NCBI GenBank assembly: GCA_050920955.1
Contig: JBPBQS010000159.1
Span: 2,272 to 66,271 of the forward strand
Direction: 5' to 3'
Length of the DNA stretch: 64,000 nucleotides
Source: Janthinobacterium lividum
GTDB taxonomy: Bacteria; Pseudomonadota; Alphaproteobacteria; Acetobacterales; Acetobacteraceae
A program made the position numbers and the translations under genes. Positions 27,305 to 37,595 of this stretch are shown here, in pieces; positions within the stretch are counted from its first letter, which is position 1; each line of letters opens with the position of its first letter. The notes below the pieces were generated by a model, which saw nothing but the letters and a program-made list of their open reading frames with translations, had not been told where the DNA came from and searched no databases.

Positions 27305-29521
27305 TCAGCCGACGGTGATCTGCGAAGCGGACACCTGGGCGCCGTACAGGGTGATCCTGGTGCCGTCGCCGAAGTTCAGGATGGTGCCGAACGCGCCGGT
27401 GGCGGCGGTGGACAGGGCGGCGGCGGCCTGCGGCGGGGTGAAGCCGGACAGGGCGAGGGTGTCGCCGGCCTTGAAGCCGACGATGCCGGCCTGGGCCCCG
27501 AGGCCCTGGGTCACGACGTACGTGTCGGCGCCGGCGCCCGCGAACATCGTGGCGGTGCCGGCGCCGAGGACGACGCGCGTGGGGCCGCCGCCTTCCACGA
27601 TCAGGGCGTTGCCGCCGGTGGAGAAGGTGTCGCTGCTGGCGGGCCCGCCGAAGGCCACGCCGCCCTGGGTCATGGCGAAGCTGTTGGTGCCGGTGCCGCC
27701 GACCATGGTGTCGCCGCCGCCGGCGCTGCCGGCGAAGCTGGTGGCCGAGGGGCCGCCGAACATCACCGCGCCCGAGCCCGCGCCGCCCGACAGGGTGGTG
27801 TTGCCGCTGCCGGCGACGAGGATGCTGCCCGTGGCCCCGCCGCCGGTCAGGGTGCTGGCGCCGCTGCCGCCGTAGAGGGTGTCGCTGCCGGTGCCGCCGC
27901 CCGCGACGTAGGCGCCGGCGCCCGCGACGAACACCAGGCTGCCGGCGCCGCCGTTGACCGTGGCGGCGGGGCCGGACGCGTAGACGATGTCCGTGCCGCC
28001 GCCGGCGTAGATGGTGTCGGTGCCGCGGCTGTTGACCACGTCGTTGCCGGCGGCGCTGGCGGCCACGGTGCTGGCGCCGCCGGCGGGGGTGACGAAGGTG
28101 GTGCCGGACGCCCCGGCGGTGGTGGCGACGCCGGCGGCCGTGGTGGTGCCGGCGGCGCTGGCGCCCGTGTCGCCGGGCGGCGCGATGCCGCCCGCGCCGG
28201 TCCCGGCCGTGCCGGTGCCGGTCGTGCCGGTGCCGGTCGTGCTCGTGCCGGTGCCGTTGTTGCCGGGGGGAGCGGCGACCCCCGCGCCCGTGCCGCTGGC
28301 GGGGACGGCGACGCCCGCGTAGGTGCCGACCGTGCCGGACCCGGAGGCGGCGTCGTTGGACACGCGGATCACCAGCGGGCCGTCGGGCGAGTTGGCGATG
28401 TCCAGCTCGGACAGGTTGGAGAAGGTCGCGACCGCGGTCGTGCCCTGGGTCGGGTCGAACACCTGGACCAGGGACTGCGCAGTGCCGAAGCGGATCACCG
28501 ACGGGCCGTGGCCGGACGTGCTCGGCGCCTCCTCGTCGCCCCAGAGCAGGACGTCGGCGCTGCCGCCGGGGCCCGCGAACACCACGACGTTCTCGTCGTA
28601 CTGCACGCCCTGCTCGTAGGGCGCCACGTCGAGCGACAGCGTGCCGCCCGCGGAGGACCCGCCCGCGCCGGACGAGATCAGCGCGCCCAGGTTCACGAAC
28701 GCGGCGCCGGCGGCGGTCAGCGTCCCGCCGGCGACCAGCGCGGCCGGCGAGGACGCGGCGCCGGTCGCGGCGGCGAGGAAGGTGGGCGGGAGCACGTTGG
28801 CGTAGGTCGTCACCGCGGCCGTGCCGGTGCCAGACGTGCTGGCGAGCGAGGAGAAGCCGAAGCGGAACTGCGCGTCGAGCAGGCCGTCGAGCAGCGTCGC
28901 GGGCGCGCTGCCGCCCAGGTTCGTCACGACGTACTGCGGATTGGCCGTCGTGGCGCCGATGGTGGCGGCGTCCTGCGCGGCGCCCAGGGCGTCGGCGGGC
29001 GAGGACAGCGCCACGTCGCCCGGGTTGATGTTGAGGAACGTCGGGCCGGCCTGCGCCGTGGCGGTGGCGGCCACCGAGGTCGCGTAGTTGATCGTGGCGA
29101 CGGCGCCGAGGCCGCTGCTCCCGGCGACGGCCTTGACGAGGTCGGCACTCGCCTGGTCGCCGGCGGCGTCCCCGGACAGCGCGCCGTAGGTGTAGCCGGG
29201 GTTGGCGACCAGGTCCGGCCCCTCGAGGAAGGCCACGGCGCCGGCGTGCCCCGCGTCGATCTGGCGGGCGGCGGCGATCAGGGCGGCGACGCTCTGGCCG
29301 GGCGCGAGCACCAGGTCGATGCGCACGCCCGCGGCAGCGAGGCTGGACAGCGTGCCGATCTGGGCCGCCGTGGTCGCCGTGGCGCGCACGCTGTTCAGGC
29401 CGAGCGCGGACAGCTCAGCGCGCAGGGTGGCCACGGAGTCGTCGGCGGACACGTTCAGGCCGACCTGCGGGTCGAAGGCCGCGGTCGACTGGATGCCATA
29501 GCTCTGGAAGGTGTCGCTCAC
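27305..29521 (-). CDS. large secreted Gly/Ala/Thr-rich repeat protein, RTX-like (candidate T1SS substrate)
   Basis: 738-aa protein with no N-terminal signal peptide and a GTG-rich low-complexity linker. It has C-terminal degenerate GGxGxD-type repeats ([35 protein letters not shown]) and an RTX-like tail. Confidence 0.65.
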   Translation of the reverse strand: MSDTFQSYGIQSTAAFDPQVGLNVSADDSVATLRAELSALGLNSVRATATTAAQIGTLSSLAAAGVRIDLVLAPGQSVAALIAAARQIDAGHAGAVAFLEGPDLVANPGYTYGALSGDAAGDQASADLVKAVAGSSGLGAVATINYATSVAATATAQAGPTFLNINPGDVALSSPADALGAAQDAATIGATTANPQYVVTNLGGSAPATLLDGLLDAQFRFGFSSLASTSGTGTAAVTTYANVLPPTFLAAATGAASSPAALVAGGTLTAAGAAFVNLGALISSGAGGSSAGGTLSLDVAPYEQGVQYDENVVVFAGPGGSADVLLWGDEEAPSTSGHGPSVIRFGTAQSLVQVFDPTQGTTAVATFSNLSELDIANSPDGPLVIRVSNDAASGSGTVGTYAGVAVPASGTGAGVAAPPGNNGTGTSTTGTGTTGTGTAGTGAGGIAPPGDTGASAAGTTTAAGVATTAGASGTTFVTPAGGASTVAASAAGNDVVNSRGTDTIYAGGGTDIVYASGPAATVNGGAGSLVFVAGAGAYVAGGGTGSDTLYGGSGASTLTGGGATGSILVAGSGNTTLSGGAGSGAVMFGGPSATSFAGSAGGGDTMVGGTGTNSFAMTQGGVAFGGPASSDTFSTGGNALIVEGGGPTRVVLGAGTATMFAGAGADTYVVTQGLGAQAGIVGFKAGDTLALSGFTPPQAAAALSTAATGAFGTILNFGDGTRITLYGAQVSASQITVG

Positions 29522-29585
29522 GGTGGCTCCGTCTCGGGTGTGTCGGCCGCGGGCACGTCCTGCGCCTCGAAGCCGTCTGTCGGGA

Positions 29586-29648
29586 TTGTCTCAAAATTAA
29601 TACATGCATCGGCCGCGCAGGGATACATCATTCGTTAATTTTGTTGCA
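29586..29648. promoter_or_regulatory. AT-rich island with 10-bp inverted repeat in the divergent RTX-like/bioF intergenic region
   Basis: CAAAATTAAT (29592-29601) and GTTAATTTTG (29634-29643) match 9/10 as an inverted repeat. Each sits next to an ATACAT. This is the only markedly AT-rich stretch in the window. Confidence 0.4.
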
Positions 29649-29772
29649 CCGCACCACTGCGGCGCGAACATGGCAGGCAGCCCCCGCAATGCAAGGTTGC
29701 GCCCCGCGCCGCGATGGGCGACTGCACGCCGGCCCCGGACTCCCTCGTCCGCCGGCCCGCACGGAGCTCGCG

Positions 29773-30936
29773 ATGCACTCGCTCGACGCCTTCGCCCTGG
29801 ACAAGCTCGCGGGGCTGGAGCGCCGCCGGCTGCGCCGCATCCTGTCCGAGACCACGCGCGACGCCGCCGACCCGTCGGAGGCCGCGTGGGTCATGCGCGG
29901 CGGCCGGCGCCTGCTGTCGTTCTGCTGCAACGACTACCTCAACCTCGCGACCCACCCCGACGTGGTCGCCGCCGCCGTCGACGCGACGCTGCGCCACGGC
30001 ACCGGCGCCGGCGCCTCGCGCCTGGTCAGCGGCAACCACGCCCTGTTCGCCGGCCTGGAGTCCCGCCTCGCCCGCCTCAAGGGCACCGAGGCCGCCTGCG
30101 TGTTCGGCTCCGGCTACCTGGCCAACGCCGGGATCGTGCCCGCGCTCGTCGGGCCGCGCGACCTGGTGCTCGTCGACGCGCTCGCCCACGCCTGCCTGTG
30201 GGCCGGGGCCCAGCTCGCCGGCGCGCGCGTGGAGACCTTCCGCCACAACGACGTCGCCCACCTCGCCGCACTCCTCGCCTCGGAGCGCGCCGCCCACCCC
30301 CGCGCGATGATCCTGACCGACGGTGTCTTCTCCATGGACGGCGACCTCGCCCCCCTGCCCGCCCTGGCCGCGCTGGCGGAGTCGCACGACGCCTGGCTGA
30401 TGGTGGACGACGCGCACGGCCTGGGCGTCCTCGGCGCCGGCCGCGGCTCGGCGCACGCCTTCGAGCCCCCCGTCGCCGTGGCGCTGCAGATGGGCACGCT
30501 GTCCAAGGCCGCCGGCGGCTACGGCGGCTACCTCTGCGCGTCGCAGGCCGTGGTCGACCTGATCCGCACCCGCGCCCGCCCGTTCATCTACTCGACCGGC
30601 CTGCCCCCCGGCGTGGTCGCCGCAGCCTCGGCGGCGCTGGACGTGATCGCCGCCGACCCCGCCTATGCCGCGCGCCCCCTCGCCCTCGCCCGCCGCTTCA
30701 CCCGCGCCACCGGCCTGGCGGACGCGCAGAGCCCGATCGTGCCCCTCGTCCTGGGCACGGCCGAGGCGGCGCTCGCCGGGTCGCGCGCGCTGGAGGCGCA
30801 GGGGTTCCTCGTCTCCGCGATCCGCCCGCCCACGGTGCCCGACGGCACGGCGCGCCTGCGCTTCACCTTCATGGCGCGCCACACCGAGGACGAGGTCGAC
30901 CGGCTCGCGGAGGCGGTGCGGGGGCTGGCGGCATAG
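29773..30936 (+). CDS. bioF: 8-amino-7-oxononanoate synthase
   Basis: Starts MHSLDAFALDKL; PLP-Lys motif GTLSKAAGGYGG. The track ORF extends upstream to 29641. Confidence 0.92.
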   Translation: MHSLDAFALDKLAGLERRRLRRILSETTRDAADPSEAAWVMRGGRRLLSFCCNDYLNLATHPDVVAAAVDATLRHGTGAGASRLVSGNHALFAGLESRLARLKGTEAACVFGSGYLANAGIVPALVGPRDLVLVDALAHACLWAGAQLAGARVETFRHNDVAHLAALLASERAAHPRAMILTDGVFSMDGDLAPLPALAALAESHDAWLMVDDAHGLGVLGAGRGSAHAFEPPVAVALQMGTLSKAAGGYGGYLCASQAVVDLIRTRARPFIYSTGLPPGVVAAASAALDVIAADPAYAARPLALARRFTRATGLADAQSPIVPLVLGTAEAALAGSRALEAQGFLVSAIRPPTVPDGTARLRFTFMARHTEDEVDRLAEAVRGLAA

Positions 30937-30994
30937 GCAAGCAAGGTTGAGGCGCTGCCTCAAACTCCGCCAAAGGCTCGCCTTTGGAAACGCC
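30936..30994. repeat. mosaic hairpin repeat copy 9 (solo arm)
   Basis: GGCAAGCAAGGTTGAGGCGCTGCCTCAAACTCCGCCAAAGGCTCGCCTTTGGAAACGCC, directly after the bioF stop. Confidence 0.9.
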
Positions 30995-31213
30995 TGCTCG
31001 AGGCGCCTGGCAGGACCGGTCCGCGGGCCGGGAGACGGCACGCGACGTGGCGGAAGGCCCGGCACGGTCGAGGGTGGCCGCTCGCCCATGCGGCCGGTGT
31101 CCCGCGCCCCGGGTTCCGGGGACACCTGCTGGACTGGCCCGCGTCGCCGAACGTATGAGCGGCGACTTGATCCGCAAGGCTGGCTTCCGCTGCCTGAACG
31201 AAGAGGTGTCCGG

Positions 31214-32011
31214 ATGAGGGTCGTCAGACGGCTTCTGGCTGCGTCCGCCCTGCTGCTCGTCGCGGCGGCGCCCGCTCCGCCAGGCCTGGACGGCTGGTCG
31301 GGGACATGGACGCTCGACCGCTCCCGGAGCACGCTCGTCGGCACGTCCTTCCGGATCACGCGCGTTCCGGCCGGATACCACTTCGACTTCGGCGCCACAC
31401 GGTTCGACGTCGGCGACGACGGCGCGTTCTACCCGACCGTTCCCGGAAGGGCGACCAGCCTCCGGGCGATCAGCGACCACGAGTGGGCGCGCGTCCACCG
31501 GGTGAACGGCACGGACGTCGACCGCAGCAGCCTCCGGATCACGCCGGACCACAAGGCGCTCGTCATCGACACCGACGCGGTGATGCCGGACGGCCAGGTT
31601 CGGCATTCGCACGAGGTGGACGAAAGGGTCGGGCCCGGGCAGGGCCTCGCCGGCACCTGGCGCAGCACGGAACAGGGCGTCAACGTCGCCGAGACCCTCT
31701 CCCTGCAGCGGCTGCCGGACGGCAGGTGGCAGTGGGGAGCGCCGGCGGAAGGGAACTACTACGTGGTCGCCCCGGACGGCCCGCCCGCGGTCAACCAGGG
31801 GCCCCGGGCGGTGGGCAACGTCACCATGTCGCTCCGCACGGCGTCGCCGGTCGAGATGCGCTGGACGGTCATGATCGCCGGCAGGCCGTTCATGGAGGGG
31901 GTGGATACGCTCGGGCCGGACGGCCGCCTGGTCGAGACGAGCTGGACGGACCAGTTCCCCGACGAGCGACAGCGGGCAGCCTACGCCAGGGTGCGGCCGC
32001 CTTCCCGGTAG
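31214..32011 (+). CDS. hypothetical secreted protein
   Basis: Signal peptide MRVVRRLLAASALLLVAAAP. 265 aa, beta-rich, with no recognisable motif. It sits between bioF and bioD. Confidence 0.6.
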   Translation: MRVVRRLLAASALLLVAAAPAPPGLDGWSGTWTLDRSRSTLVGTSFRITRVPAGYHFDFGATRFDVGDDGAFYPTVPGRATSLRAISDHEWARVHRVNGTDVDRSSLRITPDHKALVIDTDAVMPDGQVRHSHEVDERVGPGQGLAGTWRSTEQGVNVAETLSLQRLPDGRWQWGAPAEGNYYVVAPDGPPAVNQGPRAVGNVTMSLRTASPVEMRWTVMIAGRPFMEGVDTLGPDGRLVETSWTDQFPDERQRAAYARVRPPSR

Positions 32012-32019
32012 CCACGCCC

Positions 32020-32685
32020 ATGCCCACCCTGTTCGTGACCGCGACCGGCACCGACGTCGGCAAGTCCTACGTCTCCGCCGGCCTGCTCCGCGCCGCCCTG
32101 GCGCGCGGCGCCCCCGTGTCCGCGCTCAAGCCGGTCGCCAGCGGCCACGACCCCGCGCGCCTCGGCGACACCGACGCCGCCGTGCTGCTCCGCGCCCTCG
32201 GCCGCCCGGTGACGGCCGAGTCGGTCGCCGCGTGCTCGCCGTTCCGCTTCGCCGCCCCCCTGTCGCCCGACATGGCGGCGCGGCGCGAGGGCCGCTCGAT
32301 CTCGCTGGAGGCCGTGCTGGGCGTGTGCCGGGCGGCCGAGGGGCCGGGGGCGCTGCTGGTCGAGGGCGTGGGCGGCGTGATGGTGCCGCTGGACGGGCGG
32401 CGCGGCGTGCTGGACTGGGTGGCGGGGCTCGGCTGCCCGGCGGTAGTGGTGGCGGGGAGCTACCTCGGCACGATCAGCCACAGCCTGACCGCCCTGGCGG
32501 TGCTGCGCGCGCGCGGCGTGCCGGTCCTGGCGCTGCTCGTCAGCGAGACCGAGGACAGCAGCGTGGGCCTCGGCGAGACGGTCGCGGCGCTGGCGGAGCA
32601 GGCGGCGCCGTGCCCCGTCCTGGCGGTGCCGCGCGGCGGCGGCGAGGCGGCGTTCGCGCAGGTCGCGGGGGCATGGCTCGGGTAG
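32020..32685 (+). CDS. bioD: dethiobiotin synthase
   Basis: P-loop TGTDVGKSYVS; 221 aa. Confidence 0.9.
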   Translation: MPTLFVTATGTDVGKSYVSAGLLRAALARGAPVSALKPVASGHDPARLGDTDAAVLLRALGRPVTAESVAACSPFRFAAPLSPDMAARREGRSISLEAVLGVCRAAEGPGALLVEGVGGVMVPLDGRRGVLDWVAGLGCPAVVVAGSYLGTISHSLTALAVLRARGVPVLALLVSETEDSSVGLGETVAALAEQAAPCPVLAVPRGGGEAAFAQVAGAWLG

Positions 32686-32811
32686 CAAGCATGGGCTCTG
32701 CCCAAACCCGCCAGGGGCGAGCCGCCCCTGGACCGGCCTCCTTAAGTGAAGCCAGTCCAGGGCGGCTCGCCCTGGCGGAGTTTGAGGCAGAGCCTCAACC
32801 TTGCTTGCTTG
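32685..32811. repeat. mosaic hairpin repeat copy 10 (full)
   Basis: Both arms carry the CCAGGG(G)CGAGCCGCCC(C)TGG hairpin-2 variant around CTTAAG. Confidence 0.92.
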
Positions 32812-35367
32812 TCACCCCCCGAGGTCGAGCGTCGCCCGCATCACCTCCACGTCGTCCGGGTCCCGCGCGAGGGTGAACCCGAGCCTGCGCGCGAAGGCGA
32901 GCATGGGCGCGTTCTCCCCCAGGATCAGCCCGCCGACGCGCGCCACGCCCTGCCCCTCGGCCCACTCGAGCAGGCAGCGCATCAGGGCGGTGGCGACGCC
33001 CTGCCCTTTCGCGGCGGGCTCGACGAGCACGGCGAACTCCGCCTCGGTGGCGCGCTCGCCGGGGCCGGGGCGGAGCAGGCGGCTGACGCCCACCGTGTCG
33101 GCCCCGCGTGTCGCGACGAAGGCCATCTCGCGGACGTAGTCGACCTGGGTGAGGCGCACGGTCTGCTCGGCGGAGAGCTGGGCGCGGCCGCCGAAGAAGC
33201 GGTAGCGGATGTCCTCGGGCGCCAGGCGGTGGAACAGCGCGTCGTGGGCCTGCGCGTCCTCGGGGCGGATCGGGCGCAGCAGGAAGGCCTCGCCGGAGGG
33301 GGCGGCGTAGGCGCGGGCCAGGTGGTCCGGATAGGGCGCGATGGCGAGGTCGGCGGCGGCGGGCGCCGGCGGCGGGCGCAGGCGGACCGCGGCGGCGACG
33401 GCGACGACCCCGGCGGGGGTGGCGAGCAGCGGGTCGAGCGACAGCGTGGCGAGCGCGGGCAGGTCGACGACCATCTGGCTGACGCGCACCAGAGTCTCGG
33501 CGACGGCGCCGGGGCTCGCCGCGGCGGTGTCGGCGTCGGTGGCGAGCAGGCGGCCGACGTCGGTGCGCCCGACCAGCGCGTGGGCGAGCACGAGGTTGAG
33601 CGGCGGCAGCTCGTGCGCCTGGTCGTGCACCACGCGGGCGGCGCCAGCGCCGGGCCCGAAGGCGATGGCGGGGCCGAACACCGGGTCGTCGGCGACGTGC
33701 ACCGACAGCGCGCGCGCCGGCGGCGGGCGGTGGCGCACCAGCACGCCCTCCGCGGACCCGCCGGCGAGCAGCAGCCGGGCCGCAGCACCCGCGCCGGCCG
33801 CGTCGTCGGCGTCGAGGCAGGCCTCGCCCCGCGCGTCGCGCCGCTCCAGGCTGACGGGGAGCCCGACGGCAAGGGCGGCGGCGGCGGCCTCGCCGGGGTC
33901 GCGGGCGATGCGCCAGGCGGGCACGGCGATGCCGTAGGCGGCCAGCAGCGCGAGCGACTCCTCCGGCCGCAGCACGTCGCGCCCCGCGCGGGCGGCACGG
34001 TCCAGCAGGGCGCGGGCGCCGGCGCGGTCGGGGTGGAGGTCGGCGAGCGTGCCGGGCGGCAGCTCGCGCGCGGCGGCGGCGGCGTGGCGCTGCTGCACCA
34101 GGTGCAGGAAGCCGCGCACCGCCTGCTCGGGCGAGGCGAACACCGGCAGCCCGGCGTCGGCGAGCGTGGCGCGCAGGCCGGCGCCGGTGCTCTCGCCGAG
34201 CACGCAGGCCAGCAGCGGCACGCGCGTGGCAGCCGCGCAGGCCGCCAGCGCCGCGACGCCGGCCTCGTCGGCGACCCCGGTGGGCGCGAGCACGGCGAGC
34301 ACGCCGCCCAGCCCGGGCTCGGCGGACACCATGGCGCAGGCGTCGGCGAGCCGCGTCGGCGCGTCGGCCGCAAGCTGGAGCACGCCGCGCTCGATCGTGA
34401 CCGGCAGGCTGGCGCGCAGCGCGGCGGCGGCGGGCTCGCCCAGCCGGTGCAACGCGATGCCCGAGCCGAGCGCCGCGTCCGCGGTCAGCCGCCCGAGGCT
34501 GATCGAGCCGGTCACGATCGCCAGCGTGTCGTGGCGCGCGGGCCGTGCGCGCGTCAGGGTCTCGGCGGCGGCGAGCAGGTCCTCGTAGCGCCGCACGCAC
34601 AGGATGCCCGCGCGCCGCAGGGCGGCCTCGAACACCGCCTCCGCCGCGCCGTCCTCGTCGAGCAGCCGCCCGCCCGGCCGGATCGCCACGACCGGGCGCA
34701 GGCGCGAGGCGGCGCGGGCGGCGGAGATGAAGCCGCGCCGGTCGTGCAGCCTGCGCATGTCGAGCAGGATCGCGCCGGTGCCGGGGTCGCGCGACAGCCA
34801 GTCCAGCGTGACCGCGAAGCCCAGCCCCAGCCCCGCGTTGTTGCCGACGCCGACGATGTGGCTGAACCCCACGCCGTTCGGCCCCGACCAGTCGAGCACG
34901 GCGCGGCACAGCGACGCGGACTGCGACACGAGCGCGACGCGCCCCGCGCGCGGCGGCAGGTGCGCGAGCGAGGCGTTCAGCCCGATCGCCGGCACGCACA
35001 GCCCGAACGAGTTCGGCCCCATCGCGCGCACCCCCGCCGCGAGCCCGGCCTCGCGCAGCGCCGCGTGCCCCCCGGGCATGGCCGAGGTGACGAGCGCGAG
35101 CGTCGTGCCGCGCCGCCCCAGCGCCGCGAGCGCCGGCGCCACCTCCGCCGCCGGCGTGGCCACGAGCGCGAGGTCGGCGGCCTCCGGGAGCCCCGCCACC
35201 GCCTCGGGCGTGTCCGCGCGCAGCACCCGGCCGCGGAAGCCCGCGAGGTTGGCGGCCAGGCGCGCGCCGTCCGCGGTCGCGGCGCCGAGCAGCACGACGC
35301 TGCGCGGGCGGAACAGCCGCTCGGCGCGCAGCGGGCCGGGGTCGGGGCGGTCGCTCGGCTGGGTCAT
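32812..35367 (-). CDS. bifunctional ADP-forming acetyl-CoA synthetase-like / GNAT protein acetyltransferase (Pat/YfiQ-type)
   Basis: 851 aa with a CoA-binding and succinyl-CoA-synthetase-like N-terminus, an ATP-grasp region and a C-terminal GNAT (VEPAAKGQGVATALM). It is the C-terminal part of an artefactual 1598-aa ORF. Confidence 0.85.
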   Translation of the reverse strand: MTQPSDRPDPGPLRAERLFRPRSVVLLGAATADGARLAANLAGFRGRVLRADTPEAVAGLPEAADLALVATPAAEVAPALAALGRRGTTLALVTSAMPGGHAALREAGLAAGVRAMGPNSFGLCVPAIGLNASLAHLPPRAGRVALVSQSASLCRAVLDWSGPNGVGFSHIVGVGNNAGLGLGFAVTLDWLSRDPGTGAILLDMRRLHDRRGFISAARAASRLRPVVAIRPGGRLLDEDGAAEAVFEAALRRAGILCVRRYEDLLAAAETLTRARPARHDTLAIVTGSISLGRLTADAALGSGIALHRLGEPAAAALRASLPVTIERGVLQLAADAPTRLADACAMVSAEPGLGGVLAVLAPTGVADEAGVAALAACAAATRVPLLACVLGESTGAGLRATLADAGLPVFASPEQAVRGFLHLVQQRHAAAAARELPPGTLADLHPDRAGARALLDRAARAGRDVLRPEESLALLAAYGIAVPAWRIARDPGEAAAAALAVGLPVSLERRDARGEACLDADDAAGAGAAARLLLAGGSAEGVLVRHRPPPARALSVHVADDPVFGPAIAFGPGAGAARVVHDQAHELPPLNLVLAHALVGRTDVGRLLATDADTAAASPGAVAETLVRVSQMVVDLPALATLSLDPLLATPAGVVAVAAAVRLRPPPAPAAADLAIAPYPDHLARAYAAPSGEAFLLRPIRPEDAQAHDALFHRLAPEDIRYRFFGGRAQLSAEQTVRLTQVDYVREMAFVATRGADTVGVSRLLRPGPGERATEAEFAVLVEPAAKGQGVATALMRCLLEWAEGQGVARVGGLILGENAPMLAFARRLGFTLARDPDDVEVMRATLDLGG

Positions 35368-35547
35368 GGCGGTCCTGCTGGCCGGGGCCTGGGGCCGCGG
35401 ACCGGCCGGGGGCGGCGGGCGGCGGCGTGTCGCGGGCGAGCCTAGCACCGGGCCGGCGGCAAGGCGTGCGACCCCTGCCCCGCCGGCGCGTTGCAGGGCT
35501 GCGCGCGCCGCGTCGGCGTGCGGGCGGACGCGGAAGGGACGGCGGCC

Positions 35548-36504
35548 ATGATCGCGGATGATCCACGCTGGGACGCGGAGCTGCTCGGCCTGATGCGGGC
35601 CCGGCCGGAGGAGGCGCCCGCGCCCTCGCTCGACGCGCAGCGCCGCGCGGCCGACGCGGCGGGGGCGTCGGAGAACGCGGGCGGCCCGGCGATGGCCGAG
35701 ACGCGCGACCGCTGGGTCCTGGCGCGCGGCCGGCGCGTGCTCGTGCGGGTGCACCGGCCGCGCCTGGACGCGGCGCTGCCGGCGCTGGTGTTCCTGCACG
35801 GCGGCGGCTGGGTGTTCGGCTCGCTCGACACGCACGACCGGCTGATGCGCGAGCTGGCCGCGCGGGGCGACGTCGCGGTGGTGGCCGTGGACTACGCGCT
35901 CTCCCCCGAGGCCCCGTTCCCGCGCGCCGCCGAGGAGTGCGCTGGCGTGCTCGCCCGTGTCGCGGCCGAGGCGGCGGGCTGGGGCCTGGACCCGGCCCGC
36001 CTGGTGCTGGGCGGGGACTCCGCAGGCGGCAACCTGGCGTTCGCGACCGCCCTGCTGCTGCGCGACGGCGCCGCGGACCCGGAGGTGGCGGCGGCGTGGC
36101 GGGCGCTGCGCGGCGTGCTGGCGATCTACCCGGTGTGCGACGCGGCCATGGCGGACGCCTCCTACGCGGAGTTCGCGACCGGCTATGGCTGCGACGCGAC
36201 GGACATGGCCTGGTTCTGGGCGCGCTACGTCCCCGACGCGGCCGCGCGCGGCTCGCCGCTGGCCTCCGTGGTGCGCGCGCCGCTCGCCGGCCTGCCGCCG
36301 GTGCTGATCCAGGCCGCCGAGCTCGACGTGCTGCGCGGCGAGGGCGAGGCCATGGCCGCACGCCTGGGCGAGGCCGGCGTGGACGTGCGCCACGAAGTTT
36401 CCGCCGGCGCGCCGCACGGCTTCCTCGCGCACATGGCCGGCGCGGCGCGGGCGCGCGAGGCCCTGTCGCTGGCCGGGGAGTGGCTGCGCGCGCGATGCCG
36501 CTGA
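35548..36504 (+). CDS. alpha/beta hydrolase, HSL-family esterase/lipase
   Basis: HGGGW oxyanion motif and GDSAGGN nucleophile elbow. Confidence 0.85.
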   Translation: MIADDPRWDAELLGLMRARPEEAPAPSLDAQRRAADAAGASENAGGPAMAETRDRWVLARGRRVLVRVHRPRLDAALPALVFLHGGGWVFGSLDTHDRLMRELAARGDVAVVAVDYALSPEAPFPRAAEECAGVLARVAAEAAGWGLDPARLVLGGDSAGGNLAFATALLLRDGAADPEVAAAWRALRGVLAIYPVCDAAMADASYAEFATGYGCDATDMAWFWARYVPDAAARGSPLASVVRAPLAGLPPVLIQAAELDVLRGEGEAMAARLGEAGVDVRHEVSAGAPHGFLAHMAGAARAREALSLAGEWLRARCR

Positions 36505-37595
36505 GCGACGACGCGCCGCTCGTGGACGTGTCGCTCGCCGACGGCGCAAGCCGGCGCGACATCCTCGGCGAGGGCTGGTGCGAGGGCGAGCGCGACGGCA
36601 CCTGGACCGGCGACTCCGAGGCCCGGCTGCACCTGCCCCTGCCACCCGGCGCGGAGGCCTGCGTGCTGCGCCTCCACGCCGCCCCCTACCGCGTCGCGCA
36701 CAAGCTCGGCGCGCAGCGCGTGCTGGTGCTGGCCGACGGCCGCCTGCTCGGCCGCCTGCGCCTCGACGCGCCGGGCGAGGCCTCGCTCGCGATCCCGGCG
36801 GAAGCAGTGCGCGGCCGGCGCGTGCTGTCGCTGACGCTGCTGCTGCCCGACGCGCGCCGCCCGTCCGAGCTGGGCGACAGCGACGACCGCCGCCTGCTCG
36901 CCCTCTTCGTCGCCCGCGTGGCGCTCCTGCTCCCCGGGCCCGACGCGCCCTCCCCGTCCGCCGACGCCCCCCCGCCCGCTGACCGCGCGCTGCTGGAGGG
37001 CTTCGAGTCGCTGGGCTGGAACGAGGAGTTCGGCTTCGTGCAGCGCCGCGTCCTGGCGGAGCCCGCGGGCCTGCTGCGCTGGTCGTCCTGGCCGCTCGGC
37101 GCCGCCGTGCTGGCCGAGGCGCTCGACGCCGCGCTGTTCGGCGTGGGCGACCCGGCCCAGCTCGCGGTCGACGGCGAGGCCGACTCCTGGGTCGCCACCG
37201 ACCGCCGCTGGGGCCTGCGCACCGACACGCAGGTCGCGGTCCACGCGATGCCGGCCGACGTCCTGCGCGCCCGCGAGTCGGCGGCGCGCGGGATGCTGCG
37301 CGCGCGGCTGCTGTCCACGTTGCGCGAGGGCCGCCGCGTCCTGGTGCACCTGGAGCGCGACCCCGCCGAGCGCGGCGCTGCGGACGCGCTGGCGGCCGCG
37401 GTGGCGGCGTGGGGCGGGTGCCCGCTGCTGTGGGTCTCGCGGGGGCCGGAGGTCGCGGTGCGTCGGCGCGGCGGGCTGCTGGAGGCGACGCTGCCGCGGC
37501 TGGCGCCCCCGGGGAACCTGGCGCGGGTCGCGGAGGAGGACTGGCTGGCGGTGTGCCGGGAGGCGTGGCGGCTGGCGGGAGGCAGGCAGGCATGA
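36495..37595 (+). CDS. hypothetical protein
   Basis: 366 aa with a 10-nt overlap on the esterase stop and consistent high-GC3 codon use. No motif I can name. Confidence 0.55.
   Translation: MPLSDDAPLVDVSLADGASRRDILGEGWCEGERDGTWTGDSEARLHLPLPPGAEACVLRLHAAPYRVAHKLGAQRVLVLADGRLLGRLRLDAPGEASLAIPAEAVRGRRVLSLTLLLPDARRPSELGDSDDRRLLALFVARVALLLPGPDAPSPSADAPPPADRALLEGFESLGWNEEFGFVQRRVLAEPAGLLRWSSWPLGAAVLAEALDAALFGVGDPAQLAVDGEADSWVATDRRWGLRTDTQVAVHAMPADVLRARESAARGMLRARLLSTLREGRRVLVHLERDPAERGAADALAAAVAAWGGCPLLWVSRGPEVAVRRRGGLLEATLPRLAPPGNLARVAEEDWLAVCREAWRLAGGRQA

Noticed and set aside
29586-29648. A BioR (TTATMKATAA) or BirA operator in the AT-rich island of the bio locus.
   Set aside because: I saw no match to the BioR consensus as I recall it. 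The island is kept only as a generic regulatory candidate with its own inverted repeat.
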